Shown in pieces: positions 46,889 through 56,987 of a stretch of 64,000 nt of DNA. Position 1 is the first letter of the stretch. Each line of letters begins with the position of its first letter. The stretch comes from a virus (Duplodnaviria; Caudoviricetes). Below the pieces are notes generated by a model. The model saw only the letters and a program-made list of their open reading frames with translations, had not been told where the DNA came from and did not search any database. A program made the translations under genes and the position numbers. The DNA is taken from the IMG/VR virus record IMGVR_UViG_3300036824_000037, positions 1-64,000 of that record. One strand, 5' to 3'.

Positions 46889-47520
46889 GCAGCCACCAGC
46901 TCGCGGAGTCCGCGCACTACCTCGACCGGGCGGTTCGGGTCCAGGACATAGGTGCCGAAGTCGCCGTCCTTCTCCGGACGCCACTCGCCAACCCCGACGC
47001 CACCCCCACCGGCCTCGATCAGCGAGAGCACCGATTCCTGGGTGAGCGCCGAGGTGACGTACGTGACCTCCAGCGTCGCCGACCAGGGCAGGAACTGCGG
47101 CCGGTAGCGCAGGTCCGAGCCGCTGCGGTTGACCGTGACCACGTCCTCGCGCATCACCGGCTCGCCGACGATCCGCACGAGCCCTCGGCCATCGGAGCCG
47201 ATCTCGCCACGGAAGAACATGTACTGCTTGAGCGCGGTCATCGTGACGCCGCTGAAGAGGCGCGCACCGCTGACGGTGGCCGCCTTGAACGCGAGGGCGG
47301 GAAAGCCGTATCCGCCGTCGGCGAGCCGGTAGAACGCGGCCTCGTACTCGCCCTGCGGGTCCTTGTTCTGCTTGGGCGCCTTGCGGCCCTGCATGTTGTC
47401 CAGCATCTGGCGCTTGGCCTTCTCGCTGAACTTGTGCACGATCAGCGGCGCGGTCCCGGCGATGGGGACGTGGATCGTCTCGGTGCCGATCCGGCTGATG
47501 TTGATCGTGGCATCGGTCAT
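46885..47520 (-). CDS. Solo RAMP/Cas7-like RNA-binding protein
   Basis: 211 aa, GGAG RBS; first strand IAGTAPLIVH, YGFPALAFKAA helix motif, C-terminal Gly-rich loop AGGGGVGVGEWRPEKDGDFG. Confidence 0.72.
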   Translation of the reverse strand: MTDATINISRIGTETIHVPIAGTAPLIVHKFSEKAKRQMLDNMQGRKAPKQNKDPQGEYEAAFYRLADGGYGFPALAFKAATVSGARLFSGVTMTALKQYMFFRGEIGSDGRGLVRIVGEPVMREDVVTVNRSGSDLRYRPQFLPWSATLEVTYVTSALTQESVLSLIEAGGGGVGVGEWRPEKDGDFGTYVLDPNRPVEVVRGLRELVAA

Positions 47521-47589
47521 GGCTGTCTCCAGAGAGAGATCAAGGGAATGGTGAGTTTTCAGCCACTCCGCGCCACGAACCGTGCGAGC

Positions 47590-47620
47590 AGTATAGGAGA
47601 TGCAATGCGAAGATATGCAA
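47590..47620 (-). promoter_or_regulatory. Putative promoter of the RAMP cassette
   Basis: TTGCAT-N19-TATACT in an AT-richer patch; TTGCAT is repeated within the spacer. Confidence 0.45.
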
Positions 47621-47756
47621 GTGAGGCCACGCCCCGGAGCCGGGCGGCGGCGGTTACCTGCCACGAATCGACCTGCACGGCCGGCTCCGGGGATGGGGTT
47701 CAGGGCGTGCGCCCCCTCGCGGACCGATGCCACGGCGCGGCGAGGGAGGACTCCCG

Positions 47757-48041
47757 ATGACCTACGTCACCTGGCGCCGCCCGAACCCGGACGACGACCG
47801 CCCCACCGTCCCCTACTCGTGGTTCGGCTGGGGCCACCTGTACGGGCGCCGCTGGCAGTACTGGCCGCCCTGGGGCGTGACGTACTGGTGGCGGCCTCAG
47901 GCCATCGACGCGTGCGACGGCGAGCGAGCGTCGAAACTCGTCACCGTGCCACTGCTCGGCGCCATCGTGTGGTTCTTCAACTCGCCCTGCGACTGCCCGG
48001 GCGACGCGTCGGCCCAAGGCTGCGAGCCGGGTCAGCGATGA
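47757..48041 (+). CDS. Trp-rich hypothetical protein
   Basis: GGAGG RBS; MTYVTWRR... Confidence 0.55.
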   Translation: MTYVTWRRPNPDDDRPTVPYSWFGWGHLYGRRWQYWPPWGVTYWWRPQAIDACDGERASKLVTVPLLGAIVWFFNSPCDCPGDASAQGCEPGQR

Positions 48042-48125
48042 CTGCACGTCACGGTTCTGCATCTTCGCCGTGCGCGGCCCCGTCCGGCCGTACGGTTGCC
48101 CCGTCGCCGTCCCGTGGGGGGAACC

Positions 48126-48668
48126 ATGCGCAAGCGCGCCCGCATCATCCTGTGGTCCGTCGGGACCGCCGCGGCGGTCCCGGTCGCGGTCGGCATGGTG
48201 CAGGGCGCCCAGGAATCGCTGCACAGCACACCGGCCGCGGCTACCGCGTCTTCAGCGGCGCCGAGCAGGCCCGCGCCGGCCACCTCCACCCCCGCAGCGC
48301 CGCCACCGTCGAGCGCCCCGCCCAAGCCAGCGCCGTCCACGCAGCCCCCGTCCCCCGCGCCCACCGTGCTCGTGTCGGACCTGCCGTCCTGGGACCAGGA
48401 CGGCGACCCCGCCTGCCGGATGCACTACTCCCAGACCGCCGACGGGCGCACGGTCACCCGGTTCACGATCACCAAGCCCGGGGAGCTAATCACCCACGTG
48501 TCCGGGCCCGCAGGCTTGCAACGCCACGACGAGCAGGTCACCGCGAACACCTGGGCGTACACCTACGACACGACCCTCGCGCAGATCACCGACATGGGGG
48601 CGGTGCTGCACCTGCCGGGCGGATCACAGGTCGCCTGCGGCATCTCGGCGGGCGCGATGGCGCCCTAG
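48126..48668 (+). CDS. Secreted or membrane-anchored Pro-rich protein
   Basis: MRKRAR plus hydrophobic segment, Pro/Ser linker, two Cys. Confidence 0.7.
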   Translation: MRKRARIILWSVGTAAAVPVAVGMVQGAQESLHSTPAAATASSAAPSRPAPATSTPAAPPPSSAPPKPAPSTQPPSPAPTVLVSDLPSWDQDGDPACRMHYSQTADGRTVTRFTITKPGELITHVSGPAGLQRHDEQVTANTWAYTYDTTLAQITDMGAVLHLPGGSQVACGISAGAMAP

Positions 48669-48913
48669 CCGCGCCAGGTCACACGGCGGATGTACACCAG
48701 CCGGTCCAACTCGTCGACCTGGTACTGCACCGCGAGCAGCCCCGCATCGCGGACCCGGGTGCGCGGAACGTCCGGGGGCTCGAACGAACCGCGCCCCGAC
48801 GGGTCCCGGCAGATCTCCCGCACCAGCGCCTCGACCTGGTCGCGCACCGCGGTAGGCAGCGCCTGCACGTCGGCGACCGCCGCGGCGGACCACAGTTCGT
48901 CGTAGCCGCTCAA
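48665..48913 (-). CDS. RelE/ParE-like toxin
   Basis: TTG start overlaps the upstream stop; Y..LWSAAAVADVQALP...VQYQVDELDRLVYIRRV. Confidence 0.65.
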   Translation of the reverse strand: MSGYDELWSAAAVADVQALPTAVRDQVEALVREICRDPSGRGSFEPPDVPRTRVRDAGLLAVQYQVDELDRLVYIRRVTWRG

Positions 48914-49182
48914 CCTCGGCGCGCGAACGGGCTCGGCAGCCACGCCACCTCGTCGAGCGGCTTCAACAGGTCCGCTTTGAGTGTCGGGTCGGTCTCGACC
49001 AGCGCCTGCGCCCACCAGCGGCGCTTGACCAGGTCCACCGCTACCAGGTCGCCGGCGTCCACGGCGGTACCGAGTTCGTCGAGGAACCGCTCGAGCAGGG
49101 GTTCGGGCAGGTGCGCGCGGATCGAGGCGACGGTCTTGGCGACCCGGGGCGGCGCGGGCTGGTCGATCGGCTGCGCGGTCAT
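48910..49182 (-). CDS. DUF6247-like putative antitoxin
   Basis: MTAQP...TVASIRAHLP....RFLDEL...RRWWAQA. Confidence 0.65.
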   Translation of the reverse strand: MTAQPIDQPAPPRVAKTVASIRAHLPEPLLERFLDELGTAVDAGDLVAVDLVKRRWWAQALVETDPTLKADLLKPLDEVAWLPSPFARRG

Positions 49183-49287
49183 GCCGTCAACGCTACCCGC
49201 GGCGGCGAGGCGCGTCAGCTGGTCCGGCAATCCCCGCGCGCGGCGTCCCGGCGGCGCGGCATCATCGAACAACCCCAGGAGGAATCC

Positions 49288-51414
49288 GTGACCGACATGA
49301 CCCCCTATGGCGCGCTGGCCGGGATCGTGGTCGAACCCACCGCCGGATACCTCACCCTGATCGTGCCCCCGGTCAGCCCCATGCCCGACGGCGCGCTCAT
49401 GCCCCCGTCCCCGTACCTGATCGGCGCGAAGGACACCGCCACCGGACAGTTGCGCTGCGGCGTGCTCGGCGTGCACCTGCACTCCACGATCGCGAAGGAC
49501 CAGATCGAGATCCACGTCTACCTCGACGAGATCGCGCAGCCCGACGGCGCCCCCGCCGTCACGCCCGAGCAGGTCGGCGAAGTCCTGCGGCGCGTCGGCC
49601 ACGACGCCGCGCGCTGGCCGGAAGGGGTGCCGACGGTGCGCAGCCGGTTCCGGGTGGACGGGTTCGAGCTCGGCGAGCAGCGTTCGCCGTTCTTCGACCC
49701 GGAGAGGTTCTGGCGCGACGTGGGCGATGTGAAGCGGGCGCTGGAGCTCGACGATCCCGAAGCGGACGGAGACGAGACCGCATGACGATCACGGAGGACC
49801 CGACTATGACCAGTGAACCGCTCGACGACGACCGTCTCGAGCGGATCCTCGCGCACGTCCCGAACTGCCGCTACGGCTGCATCGCCTGCGAGTCGGCACC
49901 AGCCCTGATCGCCGACCTGCGGGAGCTGCGCCGGCGCCTGGACGACCTCGGAGATCAGGCCGTCGAGCGCATGGCCGCCCGGCTGATGGAGGACATGCGG
50001 CTGCGGTCCCTGGAGATTCGCGGCGGCAGCTTCGAGATGGACATCACCGAGGCCCGCGAGATGTGCGCCCTGTTCGTCGGCGCTGCCCGCGCGATGCTGG
50101 GGGACGCACCCAACTACACCGAGACGCGGGTGGACTTCCCGACGGCGAGGGTCGAGTTCGAGGTGAAGATCTCCGAGTCGTTCGACTCATACGTGCTGAC
50201 CGTGCAACGCGCCGGGAAACTCACCCCGCACGAGGCGCGCAAGCAGGCGGAGAAGGAGCGCGACGAGGCGCTTGAGCGGGTCGCGGACCTCGAGGCGCAA
50301 CTCGCCGAGACGCGCGAAGAGCTCGACCAGGCCCGCACGACAGGATGGACCGGCAAGTGAGCGACGCGACCATGGAAGACCCGGCCGGGCGCCTGCTGTG
50401 GGACGAGGCGCGGGAGCTGGCGCGCGACGCGCTCGGCGACCAGGCCGACGACGAGGTGCTGCTCCAGGAGGTCACCGAGCAGATCTGCGAGCAGCTGAAA
50501 GCCGGGCAGCGGTGACCGGGCGCGCCGTCGCCGCCGGCTACTTCCTGTGGTCCCTAGTCGACTCCGTCCTGGGCGGGCTCTGCGCGACCGCGGTCCTGCG
50601 GTGGCACGGCTCGACGTTCACCGGGAGCTGGCTGACCGACTTCGCGCTCATCATGGCCGCCCACGCGGCTGCGGCGCCATTCCTCGGTCCCCGGCTCGAA
50701 CGCTGGCTCACCCGCGACGACTGAGGTCGCGTGACCGCACTGGGCGCCACGCCGTGGACCCGTGACGGACTGTCCGCTACAGTAGCGATATGAGCCCACG
50801 CAAGACCGTCTTCGTCTCGGTCAACCTCACGGAGGCGGCCCGCGACGAACTGCGCCAAGCCGTTCTGGACCTCACCACACCGGCCGGACGCCGACTGTCC
50901 ATGTCCGACGTCCTGACCGCGGCGCTGCAGGTCGCCGCCGACAACCCCGAGCAGATGCTCAACAAGCTGGGCGACAAGCCCGGAGAGGACTGATCATGGC
51001 CAAGTTCAAGGTCTACCTCGACACCGACCTCGTGAACTCCCGCGTCGAGCGCGAGTTCGAGATCCCCGACGACGAACTTGACGGGCTGTCCGACGAGTCG
51101 CGCAACACCCTGATCCGCGAGTACGCGCAGGACGAGGTGTGGCACCTGTTCGACTGGGGCTACGAGGAAGTCGGCGCCTCGACCGCGGCGCCCGAGGCCG
51201 CCGTGAAGGACGGCCTCGGCAAGCGCTACCTGCGCAGCCTGACGAGCTGACCATGGGCCGCGACACCCGCACCGCCACGATCCACGCGACCGTCTCCCGG
51301 CACAACAGCGGGCAGGACGACATCGACGACGCCCTGTGGGACAAGCTGCTCGCCGAGGTCCGCGCGATCGTGAACAAGCCCGAGTACGAACCCATCCGCC
51401 CCGACCTCGGATAA
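49288..51414 (+). other. Small hypothetical CDSs (49288-49785, 49782-50360, 50513-50724, 50790-50993, 50996-51250, 51253-51414)
   Basis: Coupled plus-strand ORFs with high GC3. Confidence 0.55.
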
Positions 51415-51426
51415 GTGAGGGTCCGC

Positions 51427-52272
51427 GTGACCGACAAGACCGCGCTCGGCGACCGCGTCAAGCGATACGAGCAAGCCGCCCACACCGTGCTGCCGCGCCG
51501 CTGCTACACCCTGATCCGCTGCGACGGACGCGCCTTCCACTCCTACCTGCGCGGCGCCGACAAGCCCTTCGACTACGCCTTCATGGACGACATGGACGCC
51601 ACCGCCGCAGCCCTCTGCGCGGAGATCTCCGGCGCCGCGTTCGCGTATGTGCAGTCCGACGAGATCAGCGTGCTGCTCACCGACTTCGCCACCCACGGCA
51701 CCGAGCCCTGGTTCGGCGGCGAGGTGCAGAAGATGGTGTCCATCGCCGCGGCCACCGCGACCGCGGCCCTGAACGCACGCCGCTACGACGGACCCAACGG
51801 CGCCCCGGGCACGGACCGTCTCGCGACGTTCGACGCAAGGGTGTTCACCCTCGCCGACGCCGCCGAGGTCGGCAACTACTTCATCTGGCGCCAACGCGAC
51901 GCGGTCCGAAACTCGATCACCATGGCGGCGCAGGCCCTGTTCTCGCATAAGCAACTCAACGGGGTGAACAGCGACCAGAAGCAGCAACTGCTGTGGGAGT
52001 CGGGCATCAACTGGAACGACTACCCGGACGGCGCGAAACGCGGCCGGATCGTCACCCGCAAGACCGGCGAGCGGGAGGTGACGTTCACCCACAAGCGCAC
52101 CCAGGAAACCGAGACGGTCACCGCGATGAGGTCGTGGTGGGACGCTGAGCCCGCCCCGCACTTCACGCTGGAGCCGGGTGGGTTCCTCGCGCGGACAATC
52201 CCGCCGCTGCCGACCCTGGCTGCCGCATCGGCAGAGTCGCCCGCCCTCGCAGAACTGGAGCCGACGCCGTGA
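51427..52272 (+). CDS. tRNA(His) guanylyltransferase Thg1-like 3'-5' polymerase
   Basis: LIRCDGRAFH, KPFD, YVQSDEIS, WFGGEVQKMVS, FDAR and YFIWRQRDAVRNSI. Confidence 0.95.
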   Translation: MTDKTALGDRVKRYEQAAHTVLPRRCYTLIRCDGRAFHSYLRGADKPFDYAFMDDMDATAAALCAEISGAAFAYVQSDEISVLLTDFATHGTEPWFGGEVQKMVSIAAATATAALNARRYDGPNGAPGTDRLATFDARVFTLADAAEVGNYFIWRQRDAVRNSITMAAQALFSHKQLNGVNSDQKQQLLWESGINWNDYPDGAKRGRIVTRKTGEREVTFTHKRTQETETVTAMRSWWDAEPAPHFTLEPGGFLARTIPPLPTLAAASAESPALAELEPTP

Positions 52273-54407
52273 CCGAAACCAACGATCGTCCGCTGTGCGG
52301 CCACTGCGGACGGCCCGTCACCGGCCGCGCCAGCGTCGGCGGCATCGACGTCTGCCACGCCGGCACCATGCCACCCCAAGCCGACCCGCCGGACTGCTAC
52401 CGGCCCGTCACCGTCTACCGCGAACCACTCGGCGCAAGGATCGGGGCCGAGCTCGCCGAAGCCCCGGACGACGACCGGGCGCACCGCCTCGTCATGAACC
52501 GCCTCTCGGAGGTCACCCTACTGACCGGCGAGCAGTGCCGGCGGGTCGCGCGGGACGTGCTGCACACGCTCGCGGCGGACGGGTTCGTGCTCGCCCGCAG
52601 ACAACCGGCATCGCCACAGGAAGGGGCGTCGCGGTGACCACCGACTACATGCCCGAGTTCGACGACCCACGCCCGGACAACCCGGTCGCCCGGCCCATCG
52701 TGTACGCCGTGACCTGCATGCCCGAGGACGCCCCGGACGCGGACCTGTACGAACTCACCGTCGAACACCGGGGCCCGGGCGACCGCTGGGCGGTCAAGCG
52801 GCGGTCGGGTCCCTGTGGCGCGACTCTCGGCCGGGACGGCTCCTGGGACCACAACGGCATCACCGCCCGGGACACCGCGGCCGCGTGGCGTGAGGCGCAC
52901 TACCTGCCGTTCGCTGTGGCGATGGACCTCGCCAAGCGGTACGCGCCGCTGATCGAGGTGAGCGGTATGACCGCGGCCGGGCGCCTGGAGTGGCACGCCA
53001 ACCAGGCGCAGAGGGAAGGCGTAGCGCCATGAGCGACGCCGTCCACGAAGAGCCGACCGCCGACCCCGAAGAGGGCGCCGCGATCATCGACCCCGCGGTG
53101 CGCGACACCAGCCTCGCCGAGAAGCTGCGCTGGCTCGCCGGCCAAAGCGTCATCGTCGAATCGCCCGGCGCCCGGCATGTGCTCGCGTACCTGGTGCGCG
53201 ACGCCGAAACGCTCGAAGCCGACCTCGCCGCCTTCACCGTCCACACGAGCCGCGGCGGCACCAACGAACTACGCTGCGACCGCGAACCCGCCGACCACGG
53301 CCCGGACCAGGTCAACCGCACCAGCCTCGCCGGGATGTGGGACGGGAGCATGCCGCTGCCCCGGATCGTGGGGCTCGCCCGCGAGCACAACCGGCTGCAC
53401 CACACTGGACAGGCCGCGCCCGCAACCGAGGAGAATCCGTGATCCCGATCCGTGCCCGCTCCGACTCGCCCATCACCACCGTCGGCGGGGTGCGCGACCT
53501 CACCCCGAATCATCCGCTCGTCGGCGAGCGTTGCCCCGTGTGCGACGGCTGGCTCGTCGACGCCCCGATCACGCTCGTGCTGGTCGGTTTCGACCCCGAG
53601 GTGCGCGCCGAGGGCAAGACCTGGTGCACCGGCGCCGCGGTTGCCGTGCACGCCGCCTGCGCGGGCGTGGCGGCCGAGTCCGGGGCGCCGGAGCCGACGT
53701 GACCGCAGTCCCGCTGCCGCGCCGCGACCGGATGGCCGGCCGCTACTTCTCGCAGTGCCCGTCCTGCCGCACCGGACGCACCCTCGGTCCGTGCTGCGGC
53801 GGGGGCGGACCCGTGGACCCCAAGACGCGGCGCAAGGCCGAGAATGCCGCTGTGCGGCGACACGTGGATGACGTGCTCGGCGGGTCGGCGTGGCGCAATG
53901 ATTGGGACAATGAGACACCCGACGACGCGCCGGAACTGTGCGAGTACTGCGGCCACAACCCGGCGCTCTACGACACGCAGGAAGGCTTCCTGTGCGGCTG
54001 GTGCGACCGGCGGCTCAATCCGCGCGAGGCAGACGATGACTGAGCGCGAGACGCTGGAGGAGACCCGTCGCTGGCGCGTCGCGAAAATCGGTGCCGTGCT
54101 CGCCGAAGCCGGACTCCCCGCCTACGAGATGAACCACCTCGCGACCAACCCGTTCAACGACCCCGTGCGCCAGCCCGGATACGCCGCCGCCTCCTGGAAA
54201 GACCACCCCGACTGCGTGTTCACCGAATGGATCGACTCCTTCTTCGGCCACGGCAGTAACTGGCGCTACGGCTGCGACCGGATCATGCGGGCCCTGCGTG
54301 ACGCCGGCTACACGGTCGAGGAACCGGGGGCGTGCGGCCCGATCAATGAACAGATACGGACGCACGACTACATGCGCGTCACACGACCGGCGCGGGAACC
54401 CGAGTGA
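52269..54407 (+). other. Six coupled hypothetical CDSs, several Cys-rich (52269-52637, 52634-53032, 53029-53442, 53439-53702, 53699-54043, 54036-54407)
   Basis: GTGA/ATGA overlaps. Confidence 0.55.
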
Positions 54408-54955
54408 CCGCCCGAACGATCGCGGCGTCGGCCCGCGCGGAAGCCGAACGGGTACTGGCCGAGCATCACCCCGACGCCACCGTGCCCGTCCCGGTCGAAT
54501 CGATCACCCTGCGCCTGGGTGCGAAACGGGTCGGCAAGCGCCACGACGGCACCGACGCGGTCGTGTTCGCGCTGCAATCCGCCTACGGCGAGCAGGTCAT
54601 CGGCGTGAACAGCAGCCACGGCGGCCCGCGTCAGCGTTTCGCCCTCGCGCACGCCCTCGGCCATGTACGCCTGCACGAGTACGAGTTGGTGATCTGTCAT
54701 GAGATCCGCGACGGCGGCAGCGGGAAACGCCCGGCGGCCCGCGCCACGATCGAGCAGGAACGCGCCGCGAACCATTTCGCCGCCGAGTTACTGATACCCG
54801 CACCCCTAGTGCTACGAGAGGTGCGCGGCTGGCTGGACGGCGCCGACACCGGCTCCGACCGGGACCGGCTCACCAAGGACCTCGCGAAGCTGTTCGTCGT
54901 CTCCTACGAGGCCATGGCGTTCCGGCTGGTCGACCTCGCGGTAATCGTGCCGTGA
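54404..54955 (+). CDS. ImmA/IrrE-family protein lacking the catalytic Glu
   Basis: RQRFALAHALGH...EQERAANHFAAELLIP...LAKLFVVSYEAMAFRL. Confidence 0.85.
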   Translation: MTARTIAASARAEAERVLAEHHPDATVPVPVESITLRLGAKRVGKRHDGTDAVVFALQSAYGEQVIGVNSSHGGPRQRFALAHALGHVRLHEYELVICHEIRDGGSGKRPAARATIEQERAANHFAAELLIPAPLVLREVRGWLDGADTGSDRDRLTKDLAKLFVVSYEAMAFRLVDLAVIVP

Positions 54956-55004
54956 CGTGTCCCGATGTCTCAATCATTGCGCCACCAGGCGGGATACTGG
55001 ACGG

Positions 55005-55704
55005 GTGACCGCCGACGAGCCGCAGACCACGCCCGACTGGTTCGGCGACCCGGACGCCACACACGAACCGTTCGCCGAACCCACAGGCGCCGGGTTCCGG
55101 CCCGCGTGCTCCTGCGGGTTCCGCGCACCGCTCACCCACGACACCGAGGACGGGGCCATGCGCGCCGCGCGGGTCCACGTCGCGTGCTCCACGCCCCAGC
55201 CGCCGCCGCGGTACATGGCGGACATGAACGGCGACGACACGGTGGTGTTCTGCGTGCAGCACCCGAACCCGCCGCTGATCGTGGTCGCGCCGCCGCCAAA
55301 CGAACACCAAACCGAGATCGCCCAGGCGGTGCAGGCGCATGAACGGGAGTTCCACGGTGACGGCTCGGCCGGCTGAGTACCCGATCACGGGCCGGTATTT
55401 CGCCACGGCGCAGGACTGCGCGGTCAACTACTGGTGCCGCAGCCACCCGGACACACCGGTGTTCACGCTTCCCAGCCGCCGCTACGACCGTGACGACGTG
55501 ATCGAGGAGTTGTGCCGCCACGAACTGGCCGAGCACCCGTTCCCGCAGGACGAGGATCTGGGCCTGGTCGAGCTGGTACGCCTCGGATTCCAGGGCGACT
55601 TCTGGTCTCCGCAGCCGCTGACGCCCCGGGCAGCCGCGGAGATGATGCGCCAGGGGTTCGCGTCCCGGCCGAAGAACCCGCTGCTCCCGCCCGCCACGTT
55701 CTAA
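55005..55704 (+). other. Two hypothetical CDSs (55005-55376, ~55357-55704)
   Basis: Leaderless-type start at 55005; Cys/His motifs. Confidence 0.5.
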
Positions 55705-55844
55705 ATCCTGCCGGTGCGGGCGAGCTCGAGCAGCGTGGCCGCGTCACCCGGTCGCGTGCAATCCGAGGAAACTCCTGACGCGCCATCAACCGGGTGCTAA
55801 GACAAGAAACACCCGCGCCACCCAACCCGGAAAGGATCACCCTG

Positions 55845-56216
55845 ATGCGCATCGAACGTGTGGTGCTGACCGACGACTTGGACCCCGAGAGCGAAGCCGC
55901 GGAAACGGTCTTGTTCAGCCTCGACGGCACCAACTACCAGATCGACCTCAACGACGAGAACGCCGCCGCGTTTCGCGCAACCGTCAGCCGATACGCCGAC
56001 GCCGGCCGACGCGTGCGCGGCCAGCACGCCCGGGCGCCGCGCGTCTGGCGTCCCGCACCCAAAGCGCCCGCCCGCCCGGTCGTGGCGTCCGCGCCGCCAG
56101 AGCCGAGCACGCACGACGTGCGGGCCTGGGCGCGCAGCGAGGGCATCGCGGTCAACGACAGGGGGCGCCTGAGCCGCGAACTGATCGACCGGTACCAGAG
56201 CGCCCACGCGCACTGA
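55845..56216 (+). CDS. lsr2: Lsr2 nucleoid-associated protein
   Basis: LTDDLD...ETVLFSLDGTNYQIDL...VRAWARSEGIAVNDRGRL. Confidence 0.93.
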   Translation: MRIERVVLTDDLDPESEAAETVLFSLDGTNYQIDLNDENAAAFRATVSRYADAGRRVRGQHARAPRVWRPAPKAPARPVVASAPPEPSTHDVRAWARSEGIAVNDRGRLSRELIDRYQSAHAH

Positions 56217-56397
56217 GCCAGCCAGCGTCGCGCAGGCGGCACACTGGAGCCGTGACCACGCAACCAGTCTCGCCCGGCGAGCGGATCGCGCACGCACTGC
56301 GCATCCAAGCCGAGACCCGCAGCCGCCGCGACGCCCACCCCGTCGGGCTCGTGCACCACCGACCCCTGCGCGCCGCCACGCCCACGCTGAGGCTGCG

Positions 56398-56688
56398 ATG
56401 ACCGGCGAGACCCGCGTCGTATCCGCTCGCGTGCCCGACGCCCTCGCGGCGCGGTTGAACCACCTCGCCGACCACAGCGGACGCACCCTGTCCGAGATCA
56501 TGCGTGACGCCGTCGAGGCGTTCCTGCACCCGCAGCCGCCGCCGGTGACCCTGATCGCGTCGCACGGCGCCCGCATCCGGATCCGCACGCCCGTGTGGCC
56601 GATGTGCACCGAGAACTCGAACCCGGTCACCGGGCAGCAGATGACGTTGACACACATCCCCGGGATTCAGGGGGCGACGCGTGGATGA
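56398..56688 (+). CDS. Ribbon-helix-helix (CopG-like) protein
   Basis: VVSARVPDALAARLNHLADHSGRTLSEIMRDAVEAFL. Confidence 0.75.
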   Translation: MTGETRVVSARVPDALAARLNHLADHSGRTLSEIMRDAVEAFLHPQPPPVTLIASHGARIRIRTPVWPMCTENSNPVTGQQMTLTHIPGIQGATRG

Positions 56689-56987
56689 GTGACGCCTTGG
56701 ACGTGTTCATCGCCGAGCAGCAGCATGATCCGGTTTTCGCCGATGCCTACGAAGACGCCGAGGCGCGCGCCGCTCTGCTGCGCAGCCTCGTCGAGCAGCG
56801 CAAGGCGCGCGGGCTCAGTCAGTCGCAGGTCGCCGAGCGAATGGGCACGACCCAGTCCGCGGTGTCGGATCTGGAGTCCGGCGGCAGCGACCCGCGCTTG
56901 TCCACGCTGCAGCGCTACGCCCGCGCGGTGAACGCTGCGATCCGCCTCGGGCTGGTCGGTCCGCGCGGTGGCACGATAGGCGCGTGA
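56685..56987 (+). CDS. XRE HTH protein (HigA-like)
   Basis: DPVFADAYE...RKARGLSQSQVAERMGTTQSAVSDLESGGSDPRLSTLQRYA. Confidence 0.85.
   Translation: MSDALDVFIAEQQHDPVFADAYEDAEARAALLRSLVEQRKARGLSQSQVAERMGTTQSAVSDLESGGSDPRLSTLQRYARAVNAAIRLGLVGPRGGTIGA

Noticed and set aside
45627-47760. ORFs spanning the pentamer array (45627-46223, 45793-46254, 45874-47760, 46178-46849)
   Set aside because: Low-complexity translations expected from a stop-poor period-5 repeat; no RBS or codon bias, and some overlap real genes.
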